The notes under the pieces are model-generated. The model did no database searches. It was not told the origin of the DNA and saw only the letters and a program-made list of their open reading frames with translations. DNA of 64,000 bases. It comes from Acidimicrobiia bacterium. Its GTDB lineage: Bacteria > Actinomycetota > Acidimicrobiia > IMCC26256 > PALSA-610. The stretch is taken from NCBI GenBank assembly GCA_038213435.1, contig JBBQTI010000001.1, positions 56,295 to 120,294 on the forward strand, read 5' to 3'. The position numbers and the translations under genes were made by a program. Of the stretch, positions 46,100-57,840 are shown in pieces (position 1 is the first letter of the stretch; each line of letters opens with the position of its first letter).

Positions 46100-48642
46100 G
46101 ACTCGGGCACCGACGCCAGCTCGACCCGTACGCACGCAACGGTTCCGGCTTCGACCTCCAGCCGCGCGATCCGGCCCGCGTCGGACACGTCTCGGCGTGC
46201 CGCTTCGAGCGCGGCGAGCCGTTCCGGGGTATCGACCACGTGGACCCGCTCGACCGGCGACGCGAGCGACACCTTCTGCGTCGACTTCACCTTTCTCACG
46301 TCGGCGAGCACGTCGGCCGCGACGTCGTACACGAGGGGATCGCCGCCCTCGACGCGCAGCTCGTCCGCCTTCGGCCACTCGGCGCGATGGATCGAACCGT
46401 CGCGCCACCACGACCACACCTCTTCACTCACGTAGGGCAGCACCGGCGCGAACAGTCGGAGCAGCGTGGAGAGCGCGATCCGCAACGTCACCGCGGCGGA
46501 GTGGACGCTTTCGTCGTTCGCGTCGTCGTAGGCGCGGCTCTTGACGAGCTCGAGGTAATCGTCGCAGAACGACCAGAAGAACCGTTCGGTCCGTTCGAGC
46601 GCTCGTGCGTAATCGAACTCTTCGAACGCAACGGTCGCGTCGTCGACCAGATCGGCCAACGCGACGAGCAGCGAACGGTCGAGCGCGGACGTGACCACGC
46701 TCGTATCCTCATCGGCGTCACCCGAGACGCCGAGGACGAACTTCGACGCGTTCAGGACCTTGATGGCGAGCTTGCGACCGACCTTCATGACACCGAAGTC
46801 GACTGCCGTGTCGACACCGGGCCGGCCGTTGCACGCCCAATAGCGCACCGCGTCGGCTCCGTACTCCTCGACCAGAGGCATCGGGGTCACGACGTTCCCC
46901 TTGGACTTCGACATCTTCTTGCGATCGGGGTCGAGGACCCATCCGTTGATGATGGCGTCGGTCCAGGGCAGCGCGCCGTGCTCGAACCGCGCGCGCACGA
47001 CCGTGTCGAAGAGCCAGGTCCGGATGATCTCGGGACCCTGGGGCCGCAGGTTCATCGGGAACGTGCGCTCGAACAGATCGGGATCGTCGACCCACCCCGT
47101 GACGATCTGTGGCGTCAGCGAAGAGGTGGCCCAGGTATCCATCACGTCGGGATCGGCCGTGAAACCACCGGGCCGGTCGCGCTGCGACTCGGTGTAGCCG
47201 GAGGGCCGGTCGGTCGACGGATCGACGGGGAGCGCCGACTCCGGCGGCAACAGCGGATCGTCGTGGACGGAGTCGCCATCGGCGTCGACGCGATACCAGA
47301 CGGGAAACGGCACGCCGAAGTAGCGCTGCCGGCTCACGAGCCAATCGGAGTTCAAGCCCTCGAGCCAGCTGTCGTAGCGGGCGCGCATGTTCCCGGGATG
47401 CCAGCGAAGCTCGCCCCCGAGCGCAAGGAGCTCGGCGCGCAACGCGAGATCGCGACCCCCGTTGCGCAGGTACCACTGACGCGACGTCACGATCTCGAGT
47501 GGGCGTTCGCCCTTCTCGAAGAACTTCACGGTGTGGGTGATGGCGCGCGGTTCGCCCTCGAGCTCGCCCGAGGCGTGCAGCTGCTCGACGACGATCTTCT
47601 GCGCCTGCCTCGACGTTCGGCCGACGATCGCTTCGTACGCGGTCGCGCCGTCCGAGGTGATGCCGGCGGGTGCCTCCGCTTTGAACCGTCCGTCCGTACC
47701 CAGGATGGCTCGCGTCGGGAGCTGCAGCTCCCGCCACCAGACGACGTCGGTCGTGTCGCCGAACGTACAGATCATCGCGATGCCGGTTCCCTTCTCGGGA
47801 TCGGCGAGATGGTGCGCGACGATCGGCACACGCGCGCCGTACAGCGGCGTGACGACCTCGGAGCCGAACAACGGTTCGTAGCGGGCGTCGTCGGGATGCG
47901 CGACCACCGCGACACACGCCGCGAGCAGCTCGGGTCGGGTCGTGTCGACGACAACGTCGCCGCCGCCCGGTTTGTGGAACCGCAGCGCGTGGTAGGCGCC
48001 GGGCATCTCGCGATCTTCGAGCTCGGCCTGGGCCACCGCGGTGCGGAAGTCGACGTCCCAGAGCGTCGGCGCATCGGCTTGGTACGCCTCACCCCTCACG
48101 AGGTTGCGAAGGAACGCGCGTTGACTGGTGCGACGCGCGGCGGACCCCACCGTCGTGTAGGTGAGACTCCAGTCGACCGACAGCCCGAGCCGGCGCCACA
48201 GCTCCTCGAAGGCCGCCTCGTCCTCGGCCACGAGCCGTTCACAGAGCTCGAGGAAGTTGGGGCGCGAGATCGAGACGATCTCCTTCCCGGGCTTCTCCGG
48301 TGGCACGAACGCGGGATCGAAGGGCAGATGGGGCTGGCAACGCACGCCGAAGAAGTTCTGGACGCGTCGCTCCGTCGGCAGCCCGTTGTCGTCCCAACCC
48401 ATCGGATAGAAGACATGGCGGCCTCGCATGCGTTGGTAGCGCGCGACGGAATCGGTCTGCACGTAACCGAAGACCGATCCCATGTGCAACGACCCGCTCA
48501 CGGTCGGCGGCGGCGTATCGATCGAGAAGATCTCGTTGCGCGCGCGGCTGCGGTCGAACCGGTACGTTCCTGCTTCCTCCCACATGGCGGACCAACGCTC
48601 CTCGAGCCCCTCCAGCGTTGGTTTCTCGGGGACTCGAGCCAT
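46096..48642 (-). CDS. valS: Valine--tRNA ligase (short type without C-terminal coiled coil)
   Basis: SIDTPPPTVSGSLHMGS, PMGWDDNGLPTERRV, DWLVSRQRYFGVP, DVMDTWATSS, KKMSKSKGN. Confidence 0.97.
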   Translation of the reverse strand: MARVPEKPTLEGLEERWSAMWEEAGTYRFDRSRARNEIFSIDTPPPTVSGSLHMGSVFGYVQTDSVARYQRMRGRHVFYPMGWDDNGLPTERRVQNFFGVRCQPHLPFDPAFVPPEKPGKEIVSISRPNFLELCERLVAEDEAAFEELWRRLGLSVDWSLTYTTVGSAARRTSQRAFLRNLVRGEAYQADAPTLWDVDFRTAVAQAELEDREMPGAYHALRFHKPGGGDVVVDTTRPELLAACVAVVAHPDDARYEPLFGSEVVTPLYGARVPIVAHHLADPEKGTGIAMICTFGDTTDVVWWRELQLPTRAILGTDGRFKAEAPAGITSDGATAYEAIVGRTSRQAQKIVVEQLHASGELEGEPRAITHTVKFFEKGERPLEIVTSRQWYLRNGGRDLALRAELLALGGELRWHPGNMRARYDSWLEGLNSDWLVSRQRYFGVPFPVWYRVDADGDSVHDDPLLPPESALPVDPSTDRPSGYTESQRDRPGGFTADPDVMDTWATSSLTPQIVTGWVDDPDLFERTFPMNLRPQGPEIIRTWLFDTVVRARFEHGALPWTDAIINGWVLDPDRKKMSKSKGNVVTPMPLVEEYGADAVRYWACNGRPGVDTAVDFGVMKVGRKLAIKVLNASKFVLGVSGDADEDTSVVTSALDRSLLVALADLVDDATVAFEEFDYARALERTERFFWSFCDDYLELVKSRAYDDANDESVHSAAVTLRIALSTLLRLFAPVLPYVSEEVWSWWRDGSIHRAEWPKADELRVEGGDPLVYDVAADVLADVRKVKSTQKVSLASPVERVHVVDTPERLAALEAARRDVSDAGRIARLEVEAGTVACVRVELASVPES

Positions 48643-48725
48643 GAACGCGATTGTAGGAGGCACCCCCCTCGGCGACTCCTCTCATCGACGAGACGATCGC
48701 AGGGCCCGGTTACAGTCCTCTGCTC

Positions 48726-50432
48726 GTGAGCAGTGACGCCGCCGTTCAGTCGGCAACGGCGACGCAGGTCGCGGAGCCACGGATCGCCGCTCGTATCCCC
48801 GCGGCCTGGTGGATCATCGTTGCCGTTGCTGCGCTCGCGTATCTGCTCCCCTTGCGCGCGCTGTTGCACGCGCCCGGCGCGGCGATGGAAGAGGGCTTCA
48901 TGCTCGTCTTCCCCGACCGCGTGCTGCACGGGGCGGTGCCCAACGCGGACTTCCTGTACCTCTACGGTCCGGGCAGCCTGTGGGCGCTCGCCGCGGTCTA
49001 CAAGGTGTTCGGTACGCATCTGCTCGTCGAACGCCTGGCCGGATTGGCGCAACTCCTCGGCATGGCTGTGGCCGCCGGACTGCTCGTGCGTTGGTGGGGT
49101 CGATCTGTGGCGGTTGCAGCAGTCGTGCTCAACGTCATGTTCGTGATGCCGTCGTTGCAGCTCATCGCGATCCCCTGGACCGGCGGCGTCGCGCTCGCGC
49201 TGGGCTCGTTGGTCGCGCTGCTCCACGCGCGCCACGACGGCGGCGATCGCGGCGGGCGGTGGGCGCTGATCGGCGGCGCGCTCGCCGGGTTGGCCATGCT
49301 GTTCCGCATCGATCTCGGCCTCGCGCTCGCGCTGGGGGGGGCGGCCGCGCTCTGGGCGATGCCGCGACCGATCGTCGGGCGAGCCTTGATCGGCACCGCC
49401 ATCGGCCTCTCGCCCTACCTCGCGCACCTGGCCCTGGCCGGTCCCACCACGGTGTGGCGCGGAATGCTGATCGACCCGATGATCCACCTGCGGGCCGCGC
49501 GCCACCTGCCGGTACCGCCCGACCCGAATCACCTCGTTGGCGTCGCGCGCGTGATCGCCGTCTTCGATCCCTCATGGCCGTTCCCGCGCCTCACTCCGCC
49601 GCAGCAGTTGTTCGCCTGGTTCGTCCTGCTCGCGCTGCTGGCGGTCGCTTTGCTCGCGTTCGGCATCTGGCGCGTCCGGCGCGCGCCGGGCGCGTTCCGG
49701 CCGCGCGTGTTGCTCGCAGGCGCGCTCTTCGGGCTGGGCATCTTTCCGCAGGCGGTGCAACGCGCCGACTCCGCGCACCTTGCATGGGTGAGCGGCACGC
49801 TCGTCGTGCTCCTGCCGGCCGCGGTCGCGGAGGCGATCGCGGCCGTCCGCCCGGCCTGGAGATCGTCGAGGATCGGATTCGCCGCCGGCGTCGGCGTCAT
49901 CATCGGTGTGTCCCTGCTACTACCGACCTACACCGCGCGGCGCTACATCGGCGCGGTGCAGGACTCGTTCCATCTCCCGAAGACGATCGAGATACGCAAC
50001 GAAGGCCGATCCTGGTACGTCGGTAGCGACATCGGCTTCGCCGACAGCATCGAGCGATTGCTCCAAAGCGTCGAGCGCGACGTCAAGCCCGGAAGCCGCG
50101 TCATCGTCGGCAACTCCGACATGCGTCGCGTACCGTACAACGACACGTTCCTCTACTACCTGCTTCCCCGCTTCGTCCCGGGTACCGCTTCGATGGAGTT
50201 CGAACCCGGGCTCACGAACCGCGCCGGCACCACCCTCACCCGAGAGATGCAGCGGGCCGACGCCTTCATCGCATCCGACCGCTGGCTCGGCTGGGACGAG
50301 CCGAACGACGCTATGAAGCCCGGGGATCCCGGTCCCGCCGACGTGCTGCACCGCGAGTTCTGCCTGACCCAGGACTTCGGCAACGGCTTCAAGCTGTTCC
50401 TGCCGTGCACTCCCCGTCACCCGGCGGGCTGA
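48726..50432 (+). CDS. Polytopic membrane protein, putative GT-C-fold glycosyltransferase
   Basis: ~11 hydrophobic segments; acidic EEG motif after TM1 followed by G.VP..DF..LYGPG; C-terminal soluble domain. Confidence 0.6.
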   Translation: MSSDAAVQSATATQVAEPRIAARIPAAWWIIVAVAALAYLLPLRALLHAPGAAMEEGFMLVFPDRVLHGAVPNADFLYLYGPGSLWALAAVYKVFGTHLLVERLAGLAQLLGMAVAAGLLVRWWGRSVAVAAVVLNVMFVMPSLQLIAIPWTGGVALALGSLVALLHARHDGGDRGGRWALIGGALAGLAMLFRIDLGLALALGGAAALWAMPRPIVGRALIGTAIGLSPYLAHLALAGPTTVWRGMLIDPMIHLRAARHLPVPPDPNHLVGVARVIAVFDPSWPFPRLTPPQQLFAWFVLLALLAVALLAFGIWRVRRAPGAFRPRVLLAGALFGLGIFPQAVQRADSAHLAWVSGTLVVLLPAAVAEAIAAVRPAWRSSRIGFAAGVGVIIGVSLLLPTYTARRYIGAVQDSFHLPKTIEIRNEGRSWYVGSDIGFADSIERLLQSVERDVKPGSRVIVGNSDMRRVPYNDTFLYYLLPRFVPGTASMEFEPGLTNRAGTTLTREMQRADAFIASDRWLGWDEPNDAMKPGDPGPADVLHREFCLTQDFGNGFKLFLPCTPRHPAG

Positions 50433-52228
50433 GACAGATCGATCACCTCGAAGCGCGCGTCCCGGCCGAGCGATCGATGCTCGCGCAGGAGCGGGAGTGA
50501 TGCGTTCACCCCCGCGCATCCGGCGCCCAGCTTCGCATGGTCGATCACGACGAAGCGCACACCGAGATCGCCGCGCAACGCGGCGACATCACTCGTCCCG
50601 AAGGGCGCGGCCGGCGCGTCCGACGTGGCGAGCCTCCCGTACGCGGCACGGTCACAGCGCAGCTTGGTGAGCGCGTCGGAACGGGCGTAGGCGCGGAGCT
50701 TCGACCATGGATTCGCCGCGAACGAACCCGCGCACCCGACCACCGGCGAGTGGTGGAAGACCTGCAGGCTGACGAACGCCGGGTCACAGTCGGCCGGCAC
50801 GCTCAACACCGTGTCACCCGGACGCGCGACGCGCGCGACCTCGCGGAGTGCGTCGGCGCCGGCGGCCGTCGTGCCGAAGTTCGTGGTGGGCAGGGGCACC
50901 AAGAGGTTCGTCGCGAGCAACAGGCCCGCGCCGGCTCCGACGACCCACGCACGGCCCGAAGTCCCTGTGAGCAGGCGATCCAATGCGATGGCCGTCGCGG
51001 CGACGAGCAACGCGGCGAGGGCGTACTCGACTCTCACCGGCGCGCGGAGCGCACCGAGACCCGGAATTGCAAGGAGGACCCGGTACGGCAACCACGACAC
51101 CGGCGAGTCGCCGTGCTCCCAGACGAAGCTTCCCGCAACCTTCAGCGAAGGGCCGAGCCCGAACACGAACAACGACGCGGCACTCACGGCGAGCGGAACG
51201 CGGCGCCGATCGGGGCGCACGAGAAACAATACGAAGCCGGCGAGCAGGAGCAGGCCGGGGAAGAGGGTCGCTTCGATCGCGAATCGGGTGTCGGGCAGAC
51301 GCACGATGCTCCGTTCGACGAAGCGGGGGCGCGGCAGCAGGAACGTCGAACGCGTCGGCTGCGCGACGATCGACACCGCGTCGGCGGAGAAGAGATTGCT
51401 GTCGGCGAGCAGTTCGGTGTCGGCGCCGCTCGACGCCTCGGCCCGGTCGAACTGGATACGCGGAACGATGAACGGGAGCAGAACGAGGAGCGCGATCGCG
51501 AGGGCGCCTGCCGTCGATCCGACAATGCGCCGGCTCCGGCCGCGCAACGCGGCGATCCCGACGATCAAACCGTACGCGAGGCCGCCGAACACGACGAAGT
51601 AGACACTGCAAAGGTACGCAAGCGTGAGCAGGATCGCGAGCCGTACCGGCCTGACGGCACGCGCGCCCGAGGCGACATCGAGCGCATCCGCGACGAGCAG
51701 CGGTGCGGTGAAGGCCCAGAACAGCGGAAGCAGCCCGAGTTGCACGTTCAGCGCGATCGGCGGCGCGGTGAGAAAGGCCACGGCCGCGATGGTGTGCACC
51801 AATCGCAGTCGGGACAACCGTTGCGCGAGCGCGCGCGCGGAGAGCACGTTCAAGATCGCCCCGGCCACAAAGGTCAGGTTGAACGCGAGCACCGGCCCGA
51901 CGAGAAGGTTGAAGAGACCGCAGACGTAGGAAGGCAGGTACCCGTCGAGCAATCGCAGATCGAGCCCGAACGGGTGGATCACGTCGCCGACGTGGAAGGG
52001 GATGACGTGACCGTGAGCGATGAGTCGCCCAACACGCCAGCCGAGCCACGTGTAGTAGCGGGCGTCGTCGCCCGCGCCGAGGATCCGGGTGCGCGCGTGC
52101 AGCACACCGGGCCAGACGACCAGCGTGATCGCGACCGCGTAAACGGCTGCTTCCGCGAGTCCGGAGCGTGTTACGACTCGCGACAGACGGTCGCGGCGCG
52201 GGGAGGTCGACACTGTTTGCTCCGACAA
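50417..52228 (-). CDS. Polytopic membrane protein, putative GT-C/YfhO-like glycosylation protein
   Basis: GDDARYYTWLGW loop after TM1, ~12 TM segments, GALRAPVR, C-terminal VRFVVIDH. Confidence 0.55.
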   Translation of the reverse strand: MSEQTVSTSPRRDRLSRVVTRSGLAEAAVYAVAITLVVWPGVLHARTRILGAGDDARYYTWLGWRVGRLIAHGHVIPFHVGDVIHPFGLDLRLLDGYLPSYVCGLFNLLVGPVLAFNLTFVAGAILNVLSARALAQRLSRLRLVHTIAAVAFLTAPPIALNVQLGLLPLFWAFTAPLLVADALDVASGARAVRPVRLAILLTLAYLCSVYFVVFGGLAYGLIVGIAALRGRSRRIVGSTAGALAIALLVLLPFIVPRIQFDRAEASSGADTELLADSNLFSADAVSIVAQPTRSTFLLPRPRFVERSIVRLPDTRFAIEATLFPGLLLLAGFVLFLVRPDRRRVPLAVSAASLFVFGLGPSLKVAGSFVWEHGDSPVSWLPYRVLLAIPGLGALRAPVRVEYALAALLVAATAIALDRLLTGTSGRAWVVGAGAGLLLATNLLVPLPTTNFGTTAAGADALREVARVARPGDTVLSVPADCDPAFVSLQVFHHSPVVGCAGSFAANPWSKLRAYARSDALTKLRCDRAAYGRLATSDAPAAPFGTSDVAALRGDLGVRFVVIDHAKLGAGCAGVNASLPLLREHRSLGRDARFEVIDLSQPAG

Positions 52229-52242
52229 CGCGGCCTCGGGCG

Positions 52243-53448
52243 TTACGCGTCGCGCAGCGCGTGACGGTCACGCGCCTTCGGTTCCGTCGCCCGCCCGCCG
52301 CCGGGCGCGACCCGGTGGGCCAGCCGCAGGACGGGGCGCTCCAATCCGAACCAGCTCAGGCTCGCGGCGAAGACGACGATCGGTAGGGCCAGCGTGAATA
52401 CCACGAGGGAGTTGCCGTGGTTCAGGGGCCACCCGAGCCAGTCCGCGACGATCCGCAGTACGTACCAGTGCCAGAGGTAGATGCCGTAGCTGACCAGTCC
52501 GAGGTACCACGCGACCCGCGATCGCAACAGCCGCCGGATCGCGCCGTGGCCTTGCGGCCCCAGCACGACCGGCACGACAACGCAGATGCCGACAAGCATC
52601 TGGCAGAGGTTTCGCCCGATCGCCTGGGCCGTGTTCGGCGCCGCGAGCGGATCGAGGCGCAGCCCGACCGGAATGGCGACGAGGGCGACGAGCGCAACCG
52701 TCCACCACATCCAGGTCGGCCGCCCGATGCGTTCGAGTCGAGCCGTCGTGGACGCGTCCCAACGCCGCGAGCTGAGCACGGCGAGGAGCATGCCGAGCGC
52801 GAACGCACCGAGGTGTTGCGGCAAGACCGTGACCCACGGCGCATCGAGCCCGGCCGCGACGGCAACGATCGCGATCATCCCGACCGCGAACAACACTGCG
52901 AGCCCGACGAGCTCGACCGCGACGGGCGGCGACCTCCGTGCGAGCGCGCCGATCAACGCCGCGTAGAACGGGAGGAAGAGATAGAAGGAGATCTCGACGA
53001 CGAGGCTCCACGCGGGCGGCAGCCCGTCGACGAATGGATTGATGTGCACATACGTCTGCGTCAGCGTCATGTGGAGCAAGAACCCGTGCAGGCCGTAGAT
53101 GTTCACGCGCGGCACGATGAAGGTGAAGAAGGCGAGCACCAGCCAGTACGCGGGGTAAACCCGCGCGAGCCTGCGCACCGCGTAGCCGCGGGGATCGACG
53201 CCCGAGGCATCGCTGAGGTGCGACGCCGCGAACGGGAGGTACAACAGACATCCGGACGTCACGAAGAAGATCCACACGCCCGCGTTGAGGGTCCCGAGAA
53301 AGGCGCCACCGCGCGTCAGAAAATCCGTGTTGAAGAACACTGCGTGGTAGACGACGACCATCAGGGCGGCCAGGGCGCGCACGCCGTCGAAGCACGGAAA
53401 GCGATCGTGCGATGGAGCGCGTTCCGCAACCGAGTCCCCGGGGCCCAT
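52243..53448 (-). CDS. Acyltransferase family 3 (OafA/OatA-like) membrane protein
   Basis: FDGVRALAALMVVVYH, GVWIFFVTSG, RRLARVYPAYW, WSLVVEISFY, SYGIYLWH, SWFGLERP. Confidence 0.92.
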   Translation of the reverse strand: MGPGDSVAERAPSHDRFPCFDGVRALAALMVVVYHAVFFNTDFLTRGGAFLGTLNAGVWIFFVTSGCLLYLPFAASHLSDASGVDPRGYAVRRLARVYPAYWLVLAFFTFIVPRVNIYGLHGFLLHMTLTQTYVHINPFVDGLPPAWSLVVEISFYLFLPFYAALIGALARRSPPVAVELVGLAVLFAVGMIAIVAVAAGLDAPWVTVLPQHLGAFALGMLLAVLSSRRWDASTTARLERIGRPTWMWWTVALVALVAIPVGLRLDPLAAPNTAQAIGRNLCQMLVGICVVVPVVLGPQGHGAIRRLLRSRVAWYLGLVSYGIYLWHWYVLRIVADWLGWPLNHGNSLVVFTLALPIVVFAASLSWFGLERPVLRLAHRVAPGGGRATEPKARDRHALRDA

Positions 53449-53543
53449 CGTTCGACCTTGACACGAAGGGAGCCGTAGCAGCAAGCAATCAGCCCTCTTC
53501 TAGGCTCTGCCGACCGTCGACCAAATGCCCGTGGAGAGCCGCT

Positions 53544-54332
53544 GTGAACGAGACCCCGGTCTTACGTTGCGCGGGCGTGAGCCTCGTGCTCGACGGCGCG
53601 CAGATCCTCGACGGCATCGAATGGACGGTACAAGGCGACGAGCGCTGGGTCGTGCTGGGCGCGAACGGCGCGGGCAAGACGTCGCTGCTGCGTATCGCCG
53701 CGCTCTACCAACACCCGTCGTCGGGCACCGTCGAGGTCCTCGGCCAACGCCTCGGTCGAACCGACGTCCGCACACTGCGCGAGCGCATCGCGTTCTCCTC
53801 CCCCGCGCTCTCGGCCAAGCTCGAACCGTCGATGAACGCCGCCGAAGTCGTGATGACCGCGCGTTATGCCGCGCTCGCGCCGTGGTGGCATCGGTACACC
53901 GAAGCCGACCGCGTCCGCGCGCTCGACCTGCTGCGCGAGTGGCGCTGTGCCGCGCTCGCCTCGCACGCGTTCACGACGCTGTCCGCCGGTGAGCGCCAAC
54001 GGGTCCTGCTCGCCCGCATGCTGATGAACGGGCCCGGCATCGCGCTCCTCGACGAGCCGACGGCCGGCCTCGACATCGGCGGCCGCGAAGAGCTCGTCGC
54101 CGACCTCGCAATCTGGGCCCGCGACCGCGCGCGGCCCCCGATAATCCTCGTGACCCACCACCTCGAGGAGATCCCCCCCGCCTTCACCCACGCCCTCGTA
54201 CTCAAGGCCCGACGCACCCTCGCGTCCGGCCCATTGAGCGAAACCGTGACGAGCGAGATCCTGAGCGAAGCATTCGGCTTGATGCTGGTAGTGGACGAAC
54301 GCGAGGGCAGATACACAGCGCGCCTCAGGTAG
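53544..54332 (+). CDS. ABC transporter ATP-binding protein (standalone, ModF-like)
   Basis: GANGAGKT, LSAGERQRVLLAR, LLDEPTAGLD, LVTHHLEEI. Confidence 0.92.
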   Translation: MNETPVLRCAGVSLVLDGAQILDGIEWTVQGDERWVVLGANGAGKTSLLRIAALYQHPSSGTVEVLGQRLGRTDVRTLRERIAFSSPALSAKLEPSMNAAEVVMTARYAALAPWWHRYTEADRVRALDLLREWRCAALASHAFTTLSAGERQRVLLARMLMNGPGIALLDEPTAGLDIGGREELVADLAIWARDRARPPIILVTHHLEEIPPAFTHALVLKARRTLASGPLSETVTSEILSEAFGLMLVVDEREGRYTARLR

Positions 54333-54369
54333 TCGCACGGGGCCGTGAGCGAAGCGCCGACGGCGCGCG

Positions 54370-54389
54370 GCGCGTAATTCTGGGTCGAA

Positions 54390-54397
<8 letters not shown>
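54370..54397. terminator. Hairpin between convergent ABC ATPase and clpX genes
   Basis: GCGCGTAATTC-TGGGTC-GAATTACGCGC, perfect 11-bp stem overlapping the clpX stop. Confidence 0.6.
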
Positions 54398-55646
<1,249 letters not shown>

Positions 55647-55683
55647 CGGAAAGGCCCCTTTCCCCCGTGGGTCCTCGAGGTCC

Positions 55684-56319
55684 CTAGCTCGTACCTTCGG
55701 CTGACGGTACCGCGGCGAGCTCCCGATTGGTGAGAATCTCGTCGACGATGCCGTAGTCCTTCGCCTCGATCCCGCTCATGATGAAGTCGCGGTCGGTGTC
55801 CTTCGACACCCGATCGAGGGCCTGGCCCGTGTGGAACGCCAGGATCTCGTCGAGGAGCTCGCGCATTCGCACGATCTCCTTGGCCTGGATCTCGATGTCG
55901 ACCGCCTGGCCCGACGCTCCGCCGTGCGGTTGATGGATGAGCACGCGCGCATGCGGGAGGATGAAGCGCTTCCCCGGTGCGCCCGAGGCGAGCAGGACCG
56001 CGGCCGCCGACGCAGCCTGGCCGATGCAGCAGGTCTGCACGTCGGGCTTGATGTACTGCATCGTGTCGTAGATCGCGAACAGACCCGTGATCTCGCCGCC
56101 GGGCGAGTTGATGTACATGATGATGTCTTTTTCCGGGTCTTCCGACTCGAGGATGAGCAACTGCGCGATCAGCAGGTTCGCGACGCTGTCGTCGACGGGA
56201 GTGCCGAGGAAGATGATGCGATCGTTCGCGAGACGCGAATACGGATCCCATTCCATCCGACCCCGCGGGGTGTCCTGGATGAATCGCGGCACCGGGACGT
56301 ATTCGTTTCGGATACTCAC
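55684..56319 (-). CDS. clpP: ATP-dependent Clp protease proteolytic subunit
   Basis: [22 protein letters not shown] (Ser), LIHQP (His), DTDRD (Asp). Confidence 0.97.
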   Translation of the reverse strand: MSIRNEYVPVPRFIQDTPRGRMEWDPYSRLANDRIIFLGTPVDDSVANLLIAQLLILESEDPEKDIIMYINSPGGEITGLFAIYDTMQYIKPDVQTCCIGQAASAAAVLLASGAPGKRFILPHARVLIHQPHGGASGQAVDIEIQAKEIVRMRELLDEILAFHTGQALDRVSKDTDRDFIMSGIEAKDYGIVDEILTNRELAAVPSAEGTS

Positions 56320-57779
56320 GCCTCGGACTCCTTGTGTTCGCTGCCTTCGATGTCGTGGTCGTGCGTGTGCTCGTGGTCGTGCGTGTGCTCGTGCCAGGTG
56401 TCGTCGTTCAGCTCGCTCTCGGGCACGGTCAGGTCGATCTCGTTGCCACTCTCGTCGACCGCCGTTGCGTGGTCGACGAGGAACTCGAGCGCCTTTCCAC
56501 GCGCGACATCAGAGCGTACCGCTTCGAGCGCCCCGCTCCGTTCGAGCTCACGTCGCACCTTCGCGATCTTCTGTTCGGTGCGCTCGGCCAGCTGCTGCAC
56601 TTGGGCGTCGAGCTCTTCGTCGCTCGCAGTGACGGCCTCCTGCGCGACGACCGCGCGCAGCGCGAGATCGGCGAGCACCGACCGCGCCGCGCCGACCCTG
56701 ATCTCGTCGATGAAGGCCTGCGGCTCCTGACCGGTCATCTCGAGGTACTGCTCGAGGTTCGCACCCTGATGCGAGAGCCGATGCGAGAGATCCTCGATGC
56801 GTCGGCGCGTCTCGGCGTCGACGAGGGTCGGCGGAGCTTCGATCGGAACGAGATCAGCCGCGGCCTCGAGCACCTTGTCGCGTAGGGCCATCTGCGCCTG
56901 CAATCGTTGCATGGTCTCGACCCGCTTGCGGATGTCGGCGCGCAACTCGTCGACCGTCTCGAACTCGCTCGCCTCTTTCACCCATTCGTCGGTGAGGTCG
57001 GGGAGCACCTTCTGCTTGGCTTCTTTCACCATGACGCGGAATTTGGCTTCTCGCCCCGTCAGCTCGCCGAAACGTTCGGGCAGGATCGCCGTGAATTCGA
57101 GGATCGCGCCGGGCTTCGTGCCGCGCAGCTGGTCGTCGAGCTCGTCGACGACCATCGCGGAACCGACCCGGTACAAGAAATCGGTCGCGGTCAGCCCCTC
57201 GACCGCCGCGCCGTCGATCGTGCCCGCGACGTCGATCGTGGCGTACGCGTCGTCGACCAGCGGGAAGTCCGAGTCGGTGAGATCGGCGAAGCGATCGCGC
57301 AGCGCGTCGACCTGCCGGCCGACGTCGTCGTCCGAGACCGGCTGGAACGGCAGCTCGACGCGGAGCTCGTCGTAACCCACCAACTTCACCTGTGGGCGGA
57401 CCTCGACGACCGCGTCGAACTCGACGTCACCGTCGTCCTTGCCGGCCGTTATCTCGATCTCGGGCGGTGCGATGACGTCGACGTCGTGCTCGTTCACCGC
57501 GTCGACGTAGTACTCGGGCAGCGCGTCCTGCAGCGCCTGCTCGCGCGCGACATCCGTACCGAGGCGCGCCTCGAGCAATCGGCGCGGTGCCTTGCCCGGG
57601 CGGAACCCGGGGATCCGAACCTCGCGGGCGAGCTTGCGGAACGCGGCGTCGATCGCGCGCTCGAACTCGGGCGCGGGAACGGTGACGTGGAGTTTCACCC
57701 TGCTGGCGACACCCGCCGGACTGTCGTCCGGTGCGGCGTTTTCCTCGTCGCTCTCGACGGGTTCGACGGTGCTCTGCAT
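56316..57779 (-). CDS. tig: Trigger factor with His-rich C-terminal tail
   Basis: [10 protein letters not shown] signature, FKBP-like middle domain; adjacent to clpP; C-terminal [14 protein letters not shown]. Confidence 0.96.
   Translation of the reverse strand: MQSTVEPVESDEENAAPDDSPAGVASRVKLHVTVPAPEFERAIDAAFRKLAREVRIPGFRPGKAPRRLLEARLGTDVAREQALQDALPEYYVDAVNEHDVDVIAPPEIEITAGKDDGDVEFDAVVEVRPQVKLVGYDELRVELPFQPVSDDDVGRQVDALRDRFADLTDSDFPLVDDAYATIDVAGTIDGAAVEGLTATDFLYRVGSAMVVDELDDQLRGTKPGAILEFTAILPERFGELTGREAKFRVMVKEAKQKVLPDLTDEWVKEASEFETVDELRADIRKRVETMQRLQAQMALRDKVLEAAADLVPIEAPPTLVDAETRRRIEDLSHRLSHQGANLEQYLEMTGQEPQAFIDEIRVGAARSVLADLALRAVVAQEAVTASDEELDAQVQQLAERTEQKIAKVRRELERSGALEAVRSDVARGKALEFLVDHATAVDESGNEIDLTVPESELNDDTWHEHTHDHEHTHDHDIEGSEHKESEA
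56355..56390 (-). repeat. 18-bp tandem repeat x2 encoding EHTHDH in tig
   Basis: GTGGTCGTGCGTGTGCTC x2 on the + strand. Confidence 0.9.
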
Positions 57780-57840
57780 AAGGAGGAGCAAGTGTACCGG
57801 CGGACCGCGGCGATCCCGGCCTACGGCATACCATCGCCGC

